NCBI GenBank assembly: GCA_965217865.1 | Contig: CBDCJO010000002.1 | Location: 5,408,001 to 5,472,000, forward strand | Length of the DNA stretch: 64,000 nucleotides | Source of the DNA: Candidatus Latescibacterota bacterium | Lineage (GTDB): Bacteria; Latescibacterota; UBA2968; SICM01 | Reading direction: 5' to 3' | In this document: in pieces, positions 1 through 10,830 of the stretch | How positions within the stretch are numbered: position 1 is the first letter of the stretch | Layout: every line of letters begins with the position of its first letter | Program-made: the position numbers and the translations under genes | Notes under the pieces: generated by a model | What the model was told of the DNA's origin: nothing | What the model saw: only the letters and a program-made list of their open reading frames with translations | Database searches by the model: none

Positions 1-2
1 AA

Positions 3-860
3 CTTTCCCTTGCCATTGGTAAGTCCGGACAAAACGCCAGGCTTGCGTCTCAGCTCACCGGCTGGCATATCGATATATTGACCGAGGAGGAGTATCAGGA
101 GCGCGTCCGTGAGAAACAGGCCACCCGGGTTCCGTTGGAGGAGTTGTCTGATTTGGAAGAATCGGACGTTGAAAAACTCAAGGCTGTGGGCGTGGAGACG
201 GCCAACGAGCTGTTCACCCTGGCGCTTGACGACCTTACCGAGACTTTGGATATAGACGAAGAGACCGCCGAAACGATCATCGATTCGGCAGGCGATGCCG
301 TTTCGACTGTAGTGGAGGCCTACCGGGCAGAGGTGGAAGCCGAGCGAGCTGCCCGGGAGGCTGAGGAAGCCGCGGCCGAAGCCGAACGCCTGGAAAAAGA
401 GGCCAATGAGGCGGCCGAGGCTCCGGACGTTGAGGAAGAGGAAGGCGAGGCGGATGAGGGTGAGGTCCAGGCTTCTGATGATATCGAGGCGGTCGCTGCA
501 GCCGGGGACGCCGATGAGGCGGCCGAGGCTCCAGACGTTGAGGAAGAGGAAGGCGAGGCGGATGAGGGTGAGGTCCAGGCTTCTGATGATATCGAGGCGG
601 TCGCTGCAAACGGGGACGCCGATGAGGCGGCCGAGGCTCCGGACGTTGAGGAAGAGGAAGGCGAGGCGGATGAGGGTGAGGTCCAGGCTTCTGATGATAT
701 CGAGGCGGTCGCTGCAGCCGGAGACGCCGATGAGGCGGCCGAGACTCCGGAAGTTGAGGTGATCGAGGAGGAAGATGACGAACTGGACCAGGCCACCGAG
801 AGCCACGAAGAAAATGGCGATTCTCTTCCAGAGCCGTCCGATTCGCCTAATAAAAATTGA
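3..860 (+). CDS. nusA: Transcription termination/antitermination factor NusA, 5'-truncated by the window edge, with acidic repeat tail
   Basis: Frame from base 3 reads LSLAIGKSGQNARLASQLTGWHIDI (NusA KH2 signature), then an HhH-like acidic domain; directly upstream of infB. Confidence 0.95.
   Translation, partial: LSLAIGKSGQNARLASQLTGWHIDILTEEEYQERVREKQATRVPLEELSDLEESDVEKLKAVGVETANELFTLALDDLTETLDIDEETAETIIDSAGDAVSTVVEAYRAEVEAERAAREAEEAAAEAERLEKEANEAAEAPDVEEEEGEADEGEVQASDDIEAVAAAGDADEAAEAPDVEEEEGEADEGEVQASDDIEAVAANGDADEAAEAPDVEEEEGEADEGEVQASDDIEAVAAAGDADEAAETPEVEVIEEEDDELDQATESHEENGDSLPEPSDSPNKN
406..755 (+). repeat. 108-bp (36-aa) near-perfect tandem repeat, about 3.2 copies, in the nusA tail
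   Basis: GAGGCGGCCGAG(G/A)CTCC units begin at 408, 516, 624, 732; encode EAAEAPDVEEEEGEADEGEVQASDDIEAVAAxGDAD. Confidence 0.95.
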
Positions 861-884
861 TTGATTTGAGGAGGTGATCCGCGC

Positions 885-3263
885 TTGGCTGATAAAAATC
901 CACAAAAGCTCAGGGTGTATGAGGTAGCCCGTGAAGTCAACCTCTCCAGTGAGGCTATGGTGGCCATGTTGCGGGGGCTGGGTCACGAGATTAAAAGCCA
1001 TATGAGCATGGTTACCCCTGAAATGCGGGAGAAAGTCAATCAGAAATTTACAGAGGAGCGCGGCACCGCTCTTCAGGAGATGCGGCGCAAGAAAGAACAG
1101 CTTGAGGAGCGAAGACGAAAAGAGAAAGCCCAGGCCCAGGCAGATGCCGAAGCCCGGGCGAAGGTTCAAGCCTCGAAAAAACCGGACGCTCCAGCCGATG
1201 AGGAGGCAAAGAAGCGGAGGCGCAGGCGTCGGAGACGGCGAGGGGGCGCCGAAGGTGAACAATCGGAGCGGGATACGAAAGTCCGTGTTTCCCCCGATGT
1301 CACCAAGCGTTTCCACTCCCCTGGGCCTGTAAGGGGACCTGTCCAGCGTCGAAGAATAAAGAAAACACGTCCACGGGTTTCAGACCGTAAGGCGGTTGAA
1401 GAAAGCGTCCGCAAGACGATGGCACAGCTGGAGACAGGGGGGAGCCGCCAAAGGCGCCGGCGGTCCCGGGATGACCGGCAGGGGGGACCTGAGGAAGCGG
1501 TCGAGAAGCAGATCATCCGCACCTCCGAATTCGTGACGGTTGCGGAGTTGGCGGGATTGATGGATGTCAAACCCACCGAAGTGATCATGAAACTTTTCTC
1601 CCTGGGCGCCGCGGTAACGATCAACCAGCGTCTGGACATGGATACGATCGTTACCGTTGCCGACGAATTCGATTTCGAAGTCGAACCAGTTGAAAACGTA
1701 TTAGATGAAGTCCTCAGGGAGGAGGTGGAAGACCGGCCGGAAGACCTCGTTCCGAGGCCTCCGATTGTGACCATCATGGGCCACGTGGACCACGGGAAGA
1801 CCTCCCTTCTCGACTATATTCGGGAGAGCAACATCATTGCCGGCGAGTCCGGCGGGATCACGCAGCACATCGGGGCCTATGAGGTGATGTTGAAGGACGG
1901 ACGGCAGGTGACGTTTCTGGATACACCCGGCCATGAGGCATTCACGGCGATGCGGGCAAGGGGTGCCAAAGTGACGGATGTCGTCGTCCTTGTTGTGGCG
2001 GCCGACGACAATGTGATGCCACAGACCATCGAGGCCATCGACCACGCAAAGGCGGCGGAGGTCCCGATTGTCGTGGCCATCAACAAAATCGATCTCCCGG
2101 CTTCGGACCCGGAGAAGATCAAGCGCCAGCTTTCGGAAAACAATGTCCTGGTTGAGGACTGGGGGGGCCAGGTGGTCTGCTGCGAGATCTCCGCAAAGAT
2201 GGGGACGAATGTGGATAAATTCCTCGAGCTCCTGGCGCTTCAAACGGAAGTGCTTGAACTGAAAGCCAATCCGGCGAAACTTGCCCGGGGGATCGTCGTC
2301 GAAGCGGAGTTGGATCGCGGACGCGGTCCGGTGGTGACCGTCCTTGTTGACGACGGAACCTTACGCGTGAGCAATGCATTTGTCACAGGAAACTGGAGCG
2401 GACGGATCAGGGCGATGCTTGACGAGCGCGGGAAACCGGTCTCCGAGGCGGGCCCTTCCCGACCGGTCCGGGTCCTGGGACTGGGGGGGGGACTTCCCCA
2501 GGCGGGCGATTCCCTGTATGTCCTGCCGACCGAACAGGAGGCCCGGGACATCGCTCAAAAAAGACAACAGATCAGGCGCGAGCAGGATGCCTATCGAGTT
2601 AAGAAGCTAACCTTAACCAATATCCACGAACGGATCCAGGAAGGGATGATGCGGGAGTTGCGACTGATCGTGAAGGGAGATGTGGACGGATCCGTCGAGG
2701 CCATCGGCGAATCCCTGACGCTGTTGAGCAACGAAGAAGTAAGACTTTCGGTGATCCATCGAGGTGTTGGGGGGATCACGGAGTCGGACATCCTCCTGGC
2801 CGCGGCTTCAGAAGCGATCATCATCGGTTTTAACGTTCGGCCGGATCAACGCGCTCGCGAGGTGAACGCTTTCGGCAAGGTGGACATCAGATTGTACCGG
2901 GTGATTTATGAGGCCATCGAGGATGTCAAATCCGCGCTTTCAGGCTTACTCGCTCCGCTTGTTGAAGAAAAGACTGTGGGCACTGTGGAGGTCCGGGAGA
3001 TTTTTCAAGTGCCCAGGGCCGGGACCATTGCCGGAAGTTATGTCACATCAGGAGAGATCGGCCGGAATGCCCGTGTCCGCGTGCTAAGGGACAGCGTCAT
3101 CGTATACGAAGGAGAGGTCGCGTCCTTGAGACGTTTTAAAGACGACGTTCGCACAGTGGCAACTGGTTTTGAGTGCGGTATCGGCATCGAGAATTACAAC
3201 GACCTGAAGGTGGGGGACGCCTTCGAGGTTATCGAGACGGTTGAGACGGCCAGGGAGATATAA
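885..3263 (+). CDS. infB: Translation initiation factor IF-2
   Basis: [30 protein letters not shown] motifs; TTG start after GGAGGTGA Shine-Dalgarno. Confidence 0.99.
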   Translation: MADKNPQKLRVYEVAREVNLSSEAMVAMLRGLGHEIKSHMSMVTPEMREKVNQKFTEERGTALQEMRRKKEQLEERRRKEKAQAQADAEARAKVQASKKPDAPADEEAKKRRRRRRRRRGGAEGEQSERDTKVRVSPDVTKRFHSPGPVRGPVQRRRIKKTRPRVSDRKAVEESVRKTMAQLETGGSRQRRRRSRDDRQGGPEEAVEKQIIRTSEFVTVAELAGLMDVKPTEVIMKLFSLGAAVTINQRLDMDTIVTVADEFDFEVEPVENVLDEVLREEVEDRPEDLVPRPPIVTIMGHVDHGKTSLLDYIRESNIIAGESGGITQHIGAYEVMLKDGRQVTFLDTPGHEAFTAMRARGAKVTDVVVLVVAADDNVMPQTIEAIDHAKAAEVPIVVAINKIDLPASDPEKIKRQLSENNVLVEDWGGQVVCCEISAKMGTNVDKFLELLALQTEVLELKANPAKLARGIVVEAELDRGRGPVVTVLVDDGTLRVSNAFVTGNWSGRIRAMLDERGKPVSEAGPSRPVRVLGLGGGLPQAGDSLYVLPTEQEARDIAQKRQQIRREQDAYRVKKLTLTNIHERIQEGMMRELRLIVKGDVDGSVEAIGESLTLLSNEEVRLSVIHRGVGGITESDILLAAASEAIIIGFNVRPDQRAREVNAFGKVDIRLYRVIYEAIEDVKSALSGLLAPLVEEKTVGTVEVREIFQVPRAGTIAGSYVTSGEIGRNARVRVLRDSVIVYEGEVASLRRFKDDVRTVATGFECGIGIENYNDLKVGDAFEVIETVETAREI

Positions 3264-3282
3264 AATTTTCAGAATATAGAAT

Positions 3283-3564
3283 ATGCTTGTCGGTTGCTGT
3301 CGGATTGAGATATATCTTCCGGAAAGCGGTTCACTCAAGACCAAGCGTCACCTTATCAAGAGTCTCATCGCCAGGATACGGAGTAAGTTCAACGTATCCG
3401 TGGCCGAAGTGGACGGGAATGACCTCTGGCAGCGAGGGGTGATCGGTGTGGCGGTGATGACAAACCAGGCCCCTTATGCGGATCGGATTATCTCCAAGGT
3501 GATCGATTGTGTTCGACAGGACGGGCGGGTGGAGCTGCTCGACTATCAGACGGAGATCCGGTGA
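3283..3564 (+). CDS. DUF503 (YlxP) family protein
   Basis: SLKTKR...KFNVSVAEVD..DLWQR motif; conserved position between infB and rbfA. Confidence 0.9.
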   Translation: MLVGCCRIEIYLPESGSLKTKRHLIKSLIARIRSKFNVSVAEVDGNDLWQRGVIGVAVMTNQAPYADRIISKVIDCVRQDGRVELLDYQTEIR

Positions 3565-3582
3565 AGGACGGAGGGCGGAAGG

Positions 3583-3942
3583 ATGAAGCGTTGGCGTCCG
3601 GAAAGCGTGGGAGAGTTGATTCAAAAAGAGATCAGCGATGTGATCCGGGACATGAAGGATCCCCGAATCGGTTTCGTGACCGTAACCGGCGTGCGGATGT
3701 CCGTGGACCTGCGTTACGCCAAGGTCTACGTGAGCGTGATGGACTCGGATGAGGTGAGAAAGGCGACTCTGGAAGCCCTGACGCACGCGACGGCATACAT
3801 ACGCAGAGAGATCGGCAGTCGAATCCAGATCCGGCATACACCTGAACTGGTTTTTTGCTATGACGATTCCATCGAATACGGCGCAAAAATCGATAAGATC
3901 CTGAAAGATCTGAATCATCATGGACCGGAAATCAAAAACTGA
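3583..3942 (+). CDS. rbfA: Ribosome-binding factor A
   Basis: KDPRIGFVTVTGV..S.DLRYAKVYVS and RHTPEL.F.YDDSIE motifs. Confidence 0.97.
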   Translation: MKRWRPESVGELIQKEISDVIRDMKDPRIGFVTVTGVRMSVDLRYAKVYVSVMDSDEVRKATLEALTHATAYIRREIGSRIQIRHTPELVFCYDDSIEYGAKIDKILKDLNHHGPEIKN

Positions 3943-3985
3943 AATTTTAACGACTGCTCCTAAAGATCAGGGACCTTCCCCTTGA

Positions 3986-4900
3986 ATGATGGCTGAAACC
4001 CTTGAAGGCATCCTGCCTGTCGATAAATCGGAAGGGTGGACGTCCCACGACGTCGTCGCAAAGATACGTCGTCTCATCGGGGTTCGGAAGGTCGGGCACG
4101 CGGGTACGCTGGACCCGATGGCAACCGGGGTTCTTTTGCTCTGCCTGGGCAGGGCAACCCGGCTGGTGTCGTACCTGGTCGAGAAGGAAAAGGAGTACAG
4201 GGTCAGCGTGCGGCTCGGGATCGCGACGGATACGTTCGATGCCGAAGGGGTGGTCGTTGAGAGATCGGAAGCCGTGCCGTCCGATCTCAACACGATCCGG
4301 GAATCGCTTGAAAGATTCGAAGGGGAGATCGATCAGGTCCCACCCATGTTCTCGGCCCTCAAGGTTGGGGGGAAAAAACTTTACAGCCTTGCCCGGCGCG
4401 GTAAGGTCATAGAAAGAGAACCCCGGAAAGTCCACATCCATAAGATTGAGCTTGAGGGCCTGAATGGCCGGAATCTGAACCTGCGAGTCGTCTGTTCGAG
4501 GGGAACCTATGTCCGCACCCTTGCCGATGATCTGGGAAGGTCTCTGGGGTGTGGGGGCCACGTGTCTTCATTGCGGCGGATCCGCGTCGGGGATGTCCGG
4601 GTCGAAGATTGTGAGACGATCGATGCCGTCGTGATGTCATACCGGGATGGACGCCTGGCCGAAAGTCTTCTCCCGACGGACTACCCTATCTTAGAATTGC
4701 CCGCCGTACAGCTGGATCGATCCATACTCACACGGTTTTGTTCTGGCCAAAGAGTTCGGACCGAAAATCGCTTCTCGGGTCCCGAGGGTTCCAAAGTGCG
4801 GGTGGTCGGATGTGACGGATTGTTTTACGGGATCGGTACTTTTGCCGGGGACGATACCCTTCGAGCGTCATCCGTGTTTAGAGAGGTGGAACACTCTTAA
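3986..4900 (+). CDS. truB: tRNA pseudouridine(55) synthase
   Basis: TSHDVV, KVGHAGTLDPMATGVL, PPMFSALK, CSRGTYVR motifs. Confidence 0.98.
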   Translation: MMAETLEGILPVDKSEGWTSHDVVAKIRRLIGVRKVGHAGTLDPMATGVLLLCLGRATRLVSYLVEKEKEYRVSVRLGIATDTFDAEGVVVERSEAVPSDLNTIRESLERFEGEIDQVPPMFSALKVGGKKLYSLARRGKVIEREPRKVHIHKIELEGLNGRNLNLRVVCSRGTYVRTLADDLGRSLGCGGHVSSLRRIRVGDVRVEDCETIDAVVMSYRDGRLAESLLPTDYPILELPAVQLDRSILTRFCSGQRVRTENRFSGPEGSKVRVVGCDGLFYGIGTFAGDDTLRASSVFREVEHS

Positions 4901-4902
4901 CG

Positions 4903-5874
4903 ATGAGACGCCTAACTCAACTTGATGCCCCGCTGGACCTGCCTTCCCCAGTCGTCGTCACAGCCGGGACGTTCGACGGAATGCACCATGGTCACCGGGC
5001 GATTCTCGAAACCGTTTGCTTTGAGGCGGAACAACGGAGCGGGAGTTCTGTCGCCATAACCTTCGATAAGCATCCACGATCCGTTCTCACACCCGAATCG
5101 GCGCCTCCGCTTTTAATGAGCCGGGAGGAAAAGCTCCGGCAGATCGAGTCCACCGGGGTCGATCTGCTAATCGAGATTCCGTTTACCCTGGCGTTCTCCA
5201 GAACCAGTCCGGAGGATTTCATTGAAAAGTTCCACGTCCGCTTCCTTTCCGCAGCTTTCATCGTGTTGGGTGTGGATCACGGCTTCGGCAGGGACCGCAA
5301 AGGGAACGCGGTGACGATGAAGGAACTCGGGGCCCGATTCGGGTTTGGGGTTATCGAGGTGGGACCCAGGTTTTTCGAAGGGGTTCCGATCAGCAGCACC
5401 CGCGTGAGATCAAAGATCGTGGGGGGAGAGGTGGAGGAGGTTGTCGGTCTTTTGGGAAGGTCATACGGAATGCTCGGGGAGGTCGTTCCCGGAGACAGCC
5501 GGGGAAGGGAGATCGGGTTTCCGACTGCAAACCTCAAACCGGACGAACCCGATAAATTGCTCCCGGGTAACGGGGTCTATGTCGTTCGGGCAAAGATCGA
5601 CACGTCCTGGATCGGAGGGGTCGCCAACATCGGAACCAGACCGACTTTCGACGGGGAAAGAAGGGGAGTTGAGGTGCATCTGCTCGACTTCTCCGGTGAT
5701 CTTTATGGCCGTCAGGTGGAATTGGAATTCCTGTCCAGGTTGCGGAATGAAAGGAAATTCTCCAGCGTGTCGAACTTGATTTCTCAAATCCAGGAAGATG
5801 TAAAGTCAGCCCGGAGTCGACTTCGTAAAACGGAAAACCAGGGAACGGAGCCCCTCGTTTCGAAAATCGCATAA
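4903..5874 (+). CDS. ribF: Bifunctional riboflavin kinase/FAD synthetase
   Basis: [29 protein letters not shown] motifs. Confidence 0.97.
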   Translation: MRRLTQLDAPLDLPSPVVVTAGTFDGMHHGHRAILETVCFEAEQRSGSSVAITFDKHPRSVLTPESAPPLLMSREEKLRQIESTGVDLLIEIPFTLAFSRTSPEDFIEKFHVRFLSAAFIVLGVDHGFGRDRKGNAVTMKELGARFGFGVIEVGPRFFEGVPISSTRVRSKIVGGEVEEVVGLLGRSYGMLGEVVPGDSRGREIGFPTANLKPDEPDKLLPGNGVYVVRAKIDTSWIGGVANIGTRPTFDGERRGVEVHLLDFSGDLYGRQVELEFLSRLRNERKFSSVSNLISQIQEDVKSARSRLRKTENQGTEPLVSKIA

Positions 5875-5923
5875 AGGGAGATACCCCGATCGTTCCATTC
5901 AAATATTTCAAGGGAGGTCGATT

Positions 5924-6193
5924 TTGCCGCTGACCCAAGAAGTAAAGGCTGATCTTATCAAGACACACAGGGTGCACGAGACGGATACAGGTTCCTCTGA
6001 TGCGCAAATTGCGATATTGACCCAAAGGATTAAGGATCTTACGGATCATTTTGGTCGGCATAAGAAGGATCACAATTCAAAGAGGGGCCTTTTGAAACTG
6101 GTAGGTCGGCGCAGACGGCTTATGCGATACCTGGCACGTACGAATGTCGAAAGATACCGCTCTCTCATCGAGAAACTGGGAATCAGAGGTTAA
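5924..6193 (+). CDS. rpsO: 30S ribosomal protein S15
   Basis: [17 protein letters not shown]...[19 protein letters not shown]. Confidence 0.98.
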   Translation: MPLTQEVKADLIKTHRVHETDTGSSDAQIAILTQRIKDLTDHFGRHKKDHNSKRGLLKLVGRRRRLMRYLARTNVERYRSLIEKLGIRG

Positions 6194-6228
6194 TTTGTCC
6201 ACACCAAAGGGCTGTTGGAGGTTTGCGA

Positions 6229-8391
6229 ATGATTGAACGAGTTGAAGGGGTGATCGGAGGTCGGAACCTTTCCTTCGAAGTGGGACGTGTGGCCAACCAG
6301 GCACACGGAGCCGTGTGGGTGCAATATGGTGAAACCGTGGTCTTGGTCGCAGCGTGTTCTGCCCCCAAGGCCGCGGAAGGCCTGGATTTTTTCCCGTTGA
6401 CGGTTGAATACCGCGAAAAGGCATATGCAGCGGGTCGCATTCCGGGAAGTATTTTCAAACGAGAAGGTCGGAATTCAGAGGTCGAGACCATCAACGCGCG
6501 GTTGATCGATCACCAGATCCGTCCCCTTTTTCCCAAAGCGTACCGCTTCGAGACCCAGGTGGTCGTCACCGTGCTGGCAACGGATCAGGAGAACGCCCCG
6601 GATATCCTCGGAATGACTGGGGCGTCTGCCGCCCTGAGCCTTTCGGACATCCCGTTCTCCGGCCCGATCGGGGCGGTGAGGGTCGGGATGCTGGATGGTG
6701 AAATTATCCTCAATCCGACGATCTCCCAAAACAGAGACAGCCGAATAGACATGATCCTGTCCGGGAACAAGGATTCGATCATCAGCGTTGAGGGATCCGC
6801 AAGGGAGGCGAGCGAGGAAGACATCCTGTCGGCGTTCGAAGCCGGCCACAAGGCCATCATTCAGATCATCGAACTGCAGGAAGAATTGATCGCCCGATGC
6901 GGAAAGCCGAAACGAGAAATAATCGAGGCCCCGGTTAACGAGGAGCTTGTCCAGGCTGTCCAGGAATATGGCATGGCCCGCATCAAGGAGGCAAACCGCA
7001 CCCCCGAAAAAGAGGGACGGGCGGAGTTGCTCAGCGAGATCGAGAAAGAAGCCGTCGCCGACATGGCCGATCGATTCCCGGATTCGGAGAAAGAGATCGT
7101 CGCCCGGATTGAAGATTTGATCAAAGTCGATATGAGGGCGATGGTCCTCGATGAACAACGCCGGATCGACGGACGAGCGGCCGACGAGATCAGACCGATC
7201 ACCTGCGAAATTTCCGTTCTCCCGAGAGTGCACGGCTCCGCCATCTTCACCCGGGGGCAGACCCAGGCCCTCAGCGTCGTCACCCTGGGCACCAAATCGG
7301 ACGAGCGCCTGGTGGACGATCTGGAAGGGAAGTCGTTCAAGAGCTTTATGCTGGACTACAACTTTCCGGCATACAGCGTGGGTGAGGTTCGCAGGATGGG
7401 CCCCCCCGGACGGCGCGAGATCGGACACGGGGCCCTTGCTGAAAAGGCCGTCAGTTCTGTGATCCCATCGGATGAGTCTTTTCCATACACCGTTCGGGTG
7501 GTATCGGAGATTCTGGAATCGAACTCCTCCTCCTCCATGGCCACTGTCTGCGCGGCGACCCTGGCCATGATGGACGCCGGGGTGCCCATTAAGACGCCGA
7601 TTGCCGGGGCGGGGGTCGGACTGATCAAAGATGAGGATCGGTGGGTGGTTCTCAGCGACATTCTCGGCGCAGAGGATCATCTCGGGGATATGGACCTGAA
7701 GGTCGCTGGTAGCCTGGAGGGAATTACAGCAATCCAGATGGATATCAAGATCAAGGGAATCAGCTTCGATATTATGCGTGAAGGATTGGAGCGGGCACGC
7801 CGGAGCAGGCTCGAAATCCTGGACAAGATGGGCCAGGCCATTTCCTCCCCGCGAACCGAACTTTCCCAATACGCCCCCCGCATCCTCTCGATTCAGATCC
7901 CCGTTTCGAAGATCGGCCTGATCATCGGACCTGGAGGAAAAACCATCCGGGAGATCGAGAAAACCGGGGCCGTCATCAACGTGGAGGACGACGGCTTAAT
8001 AACGATCGCCTCTGTGGAGGCTACGGCAGGGGAGGAAGCCCTATCGATGATCCATGCGCTCGTAGAGGATGCGGAGGTGGGAAAGGTCTACGAAGGCCGG
8101 GTCAAAAGCGTCAAGGATTTCGGCGCCTTTATCGAAATCCTTCCCGGCAAGGAAGGGCTTTGCCATATTTCGGAACTGGAACATCGTCACGTCGCCAAGG
8201 TCACGGATGTGCTCTCAGAAGGGGACATCACGAGGGTCAAGGTTATCGGAATCGACGACCAGGGCAAAATCAAGCTCAGCCGGAAGGCCACCCTGGAAGG
8301 CGGCCCGAAGCCCGACGAGACCGCGGGAGGCGACGGCCGCCAGCGTAACCAGGATTTCGCGGATAGAGGCCGTCCGCCCAGACGGAGATGA
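6229..8391 (+). CDS. pnp: Polyribonucleotide nucleotidyltransferase (PNPase)
   Basis: DFFPLTVEY, RREIGHG, EDHLGDMDLKVAG, KH and S1 domains; ATG 6229 after GGAG. Confidence 0.99.
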   Translation: MIERVEGVIGGRNLSFEVGRVANQAHGAVWVQYGETVVLVAACSAPKAAEGLDFFPLTVEYREKAYAAGRIPGSIFKREGRNSEVETINARLIDHQIRPLFPKAYRFETQVVVTVLATDQENAPDILGMTGASAALSLSDIPFSGPIGAVRVGMLDGEIILNPTISQNRDSRIDMILSGNKDSIISVEGSAREASEEDILSAFEAGHKAIIQIIELQEELIARCGKPKREIIEAPVNEELVQAVQEYGMARIKEANRTPEKEGRAELLSEIEKEAVADMADRFPDSEKEIVARIEDLIKVDMRAMVLDEQRRIDGRAADEIRPITCEISVLPRVHGSAIFTRGQTQALSVVTLGTKSDERLVDDLEGKSFKSFMLDYNFPAYSVGEVRRMGPPGRREIGHGALAEKAVSSVIPSDESFPYTVRVVSEILESNSSSSMATVCAATLAMMDAGVPIKTPIAGAGVGLIKDEDRWVVLSDILGAEDHLGDMDLKVAGSLEGITAIQMDIKIKGISFDIMREGLERARRSRLEILDKMGQAISSPRTELSQYAPRILSIQIPVSKIGLIIGPGGKTIREIEKTGAVINVEDDGLITIASVEATAGEEALSMIHALVEDAEVGKVYEGRVKSVKDFGAFIEILPGKEGLCHISELEHRHVAKVTDVLSEGDITRVKVIGIDDQGKIKLSRKATLEGGPKPDETAGGDGRQRNQDFADRGRPPRRR

Positions 8392-8452
8392 TTCCGACCA
8401 GGCGGGTTCCATTTTTCTGGAATGCATCCTACTTTTGAGACCTCTTTCATCC

Positions 8453-8492
8453 AAGACTACCGGAAGGCTCCTTCGGTAGTCTTTTCCGTTTT
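8453..8492 (+). terminator. Probable intrinsic terminator after pnp
   Basis: AAGACTACCGGAAGG/CCTTCGGTAGTCTT hairpin followed by T-rich tract. Confidence 0.6.
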
Positions 8493-8495
8493 CCT

Positions 8496-9767
8496 ATGGA
8501 TTCAGAAACCGTACGCAAGACAATACTCCCAAACGGCCTGCGCGTGTTGACCGAGCACGTTCCGTACGTCAGTTCCGTTTCACTCGGGATTTGGGTCGAG
8601 GCAGGCTCCAGGGATGAATATAAACCCCACCGGGGCATTCTCCATTTCATTGAACACATGATCTTCAAGGGGACGGAGAAGCGAACCGCCTTCGAACTCG
8701 TTCACAGTCTGGAATCGGTTGGGGGACAGATCGACGCCTTTACCAGCCGCGATATTACCTGCTTCTTCGTACGTTGCCTCGATGAACATACTGAAATCGC
8801 CCTGGATGTCCTGGGCGACATGCTGAGAAGCTCAGTGTTCGATCCTAACGCCATTGAGAAAGAGAAGGGTGTTGTGGTCGAGGAGATCCGGAATGTCGAG
8901 GACACCCCGGACGAATTGATACACGACGCCTTCGGCGAATCGGTCTGGGGTGGCCATCCCGTCGGGAGGCCCATCCTGGGTGTTCAGGAAACCGTTGTGA
9001 GTTTCCAGAGGAAGGACCTGATCGATCACCTCCGGGAGTTTTACACCTCCGGAAGTGTTATCGTTACCGCCGCAGGAAGTCTGGATCACGACGCCTTTGT
9101 AGAATCGGTCAAACGGCACATCGATCTTCCGGAATCCGGGGGCCTGCCCCGGCAGCGTTCAGCTCCTCCGACTAATCCCGGGTCCGCCCGGCACGTGGAC
9201 AAGAAGATCGGGCAAACCCACTTATGCCTTGGGACGGTCACGTGTTCGTGCCGGGATCCCCGCCGCTACGACATTCTGGCGGCCAATACCATCCTGGGCG
9301 GAGGCATGAGCTCAAGGCTGTTCCAGGAGATACGGGAACGTCTCGGATTGGCGTATGCGATCTATACCTACGTCGACATGCTGGCTGACACCGGCCTCTT
9401 CGGGGTCTACCTGGCCTGCGAACCGGCTCAGGCGGCACGGGCTACCGAGCTTGTCTGCGACGCGATCCGGAAAATCAAGACAGATGGGGTGACGCAGAGC
9501 GAGGTGGATAACGCTCGGGCTCAAATGAAGGGTGGACTCCTAATGGGCATGGAAAGTATGAGCAAGCGGATGAGCCGTCTGGCCAAACAGGAGATCTACT
9601 TTGGGAGGTCCAAAACGGTTGCAGAGACCATCGCGGATATTGAAGGGATTACTCGAGATGGGATAGTGGACCTCTGCCGGGAGATGTTCGACGTGGATGG
9701 TTTTCATGTGGTCACCGTCGGTCCCGAGTCAGACGGTGTGGCCGGGGCATTGGAACGGATAGCGTAG
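8496..9767 (+). CDS. M16 family zinc peptidase (pitrilysin-like)
   Basis: HFIEH inverted zincin motif, ILGGGMSSRLFQEIRE.LGLAY; commonly downstream of pnp. Confidence 0.95.
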   Translation: MDSETVRKTILPNGLRVLTEHVPYVSSVSLGIWVEAGSRDEYKPHRGILHFIEHMIFKGTEKRTAFELVHSLESVGGQIDAFTSRDITCFFVRCLDEHTEIALDVLGDMLRSSVFDPNAIEKEKGVVVEEIRNVEDTPDELIHDAFGESVWGGHPVGRPILGVQETVVSFQRKDLIDHLREFYTSGSVIVTAAGSLDHDAFVESVKRHIDLPESGGLPRQRSAPPTNPGSARHVDKKIGQTHLCLGTVTCSCRDPRRYDILAANTILGGGMSSRLFQEIRERLGLAYAIYTYVDMLADTGLFGVYLACEPAQAARATELVCDAIRKIKTDGVTQSEVDNARAQMKGGLLMGMESMSKRMSRLAKQEIYFGRSKTVAETIADIEGITRDGIVDLCREMFDVDGFHVVTVGPESDGVAGALERIA

Positions 9768-9775
9768 AAAAGACT

Positions 9776-9883
9776 GTGAAACGTGAAACGGCAAACGTGA
9801 GACGGAAAGGCAAAGGTAGGTGCCAGTGGCATGAAGAGCAAAAGCAGGGGGCAGGGGAATTGCAAAGTGAAAAATGAAAAATG
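9776..9883 (+). repeat. Composite heptamer/hexamer intergenic repeat
   Basis: GTGAAAC/GTGAGAC units, GCAAAA/GCAGGG units, then ATTGCAAAGTGAAAAATGAAAAATGG; related copies at 17270, 29733, 47340, 54647. Confidence 0.7.
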
Positions 9884-9980
9884 GGGCTCTCCGTGGAATA
9901 TAGTGGACTCTATCTTCGCGATTGACACCCGGGCCTTCGAGCTAATCGGGAAGCTGAGACTAAAGTCAGAGCCTTCTTTA

Positions 9981-10222
9981 AGCGCCAACGGCGCGTTGTT
10001 CCTCAACCCAGGGCATCGCCCTGGGTCCTTGGAAAGCAATAGCGTCGTGCGGCCTGAAGGGCCGCGATAATTTCACATCCCCCAATCCCTGTCCTACATC
10101 CTGATGCACCTAGTGTTCAGCACAAAGATCCGGATCGCGGACCGTTGGCCCGCTCGAATCACCCACATTCAAAACCCAGCCCGTTGGGCTGGGCAAAGGA
10201 ATCACGGGCCGTTGGCCCGTTG
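9981..10222 (+). mobile_element. Internally deleted IS200/RAYT-type element (MITE-like) with palindromic ends
   Basis: 10077 onward reads IPQSLSYILMHLVFSTKIR (Y1 transposase N-terminus, ATG replaced by ATC); flanked by hairpins CCCAGGGC-ATC-GCCCTGGG, GCGGCC-TGAAG-GGCCGC, CCCAGCCC-GTT-GGGCTGGG. Confidence 0.7.
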
Positions 10223-10315
10223 GTGGGTCGCCTCACAGAACCTCTGCAATTGCTGCCTATGTTTGACGCCTTCTTGAGACAAGTTCCCCCCTCTGTTGGA
10301 GAAAGTGAAACCGGA

Positions 10316-10603
10316 ATGAATGACACGCCCCGACACGTTGAGAAACGGTTTCAGGATATGATGCTGGCTCGGTCCCCGGGCGAGCGATTGGCAATGGCAT
10401 GCAGAATGTTCGAGACGGCCAGATCTCTCGTGCTGGCCGGTATCAGGGCCGGCCATGGCGAACTTAACAGAGCGGAGACGCGCAGGCAGCTGTTTCTTAG
10501 GTTTTACGAGAAGGATTTTGAACCAGAGAAGCGAGAAAAGATTCTGGAACATCTCAGTAAAGCCGACGAAGTATTGCTTTCGAATCGACGCAATATTACG
10601 TAA
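10316..10603 (+). CDS. Small hypothetical protein (SPGERL.M...MF...R motif; possible orphan antitoxin-like protein)
   Basis: Coherent helical 95-aa protein from ATG 10316; upstream part of ORF 10145 lies in repeat DNA. Confidence 0.6.
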   Translation: MNDTPRHVEKRFQDMMLARSPGERLAMACRMFETARSLVLAGIRAGHGELNRAETRRQLFLRFYEKDFEPEKREKILEHLSKADEVLLSNRRNIT

Positions 10604-10639
10604 CCAGGGATTTTCAGCCTAAGCTATAGCCGAAAACAG

Positions 10640-10758
10640 AGATTCTTCGCCTTCGGCTCAGAATGACACATTTGGTTTGAATTGTCTCTTTGACGAAGAG
10701 AAATCGATAAATCTTTTGGATATTCCAACCGAGATTCTTCGCCGGAGCCTGTCCTGAG
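10640..10758. repeat. REP-like palindromic repeats
   Basis: AGATTCTTCGCCTTCGGCTCAGAATGACA at 10640-10668 and a partial copy GAGATTCTTCGCC at 10731. Confidence 0.6.
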
Positions 10759-10830
10759 TCCCCTTCGATTCCACTCCGTTTCCGCTCATGGCAGTGGTCC
10801 TTCGACTCCATCTTGGGAGGAAAGCGCAAA

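Noticed and set aside
406-755. Regular repeats as a possible CRISPR array
   Set aside because: Contiguous 108-bp in-frame units with no unique spacers; no cas genes
5875-5923. rpsO autoregulatory leader
   Set aside because: Plausible by position but no convincing structure could be identified by eye
6475-7869. 464-aa antisense ORF (and similar long shadow ORFs over infB, asnS and the SDRs)
   Set aside because: Lies opposite well-supported genes; expected from codon bias in GC-rich DNA; no motifs
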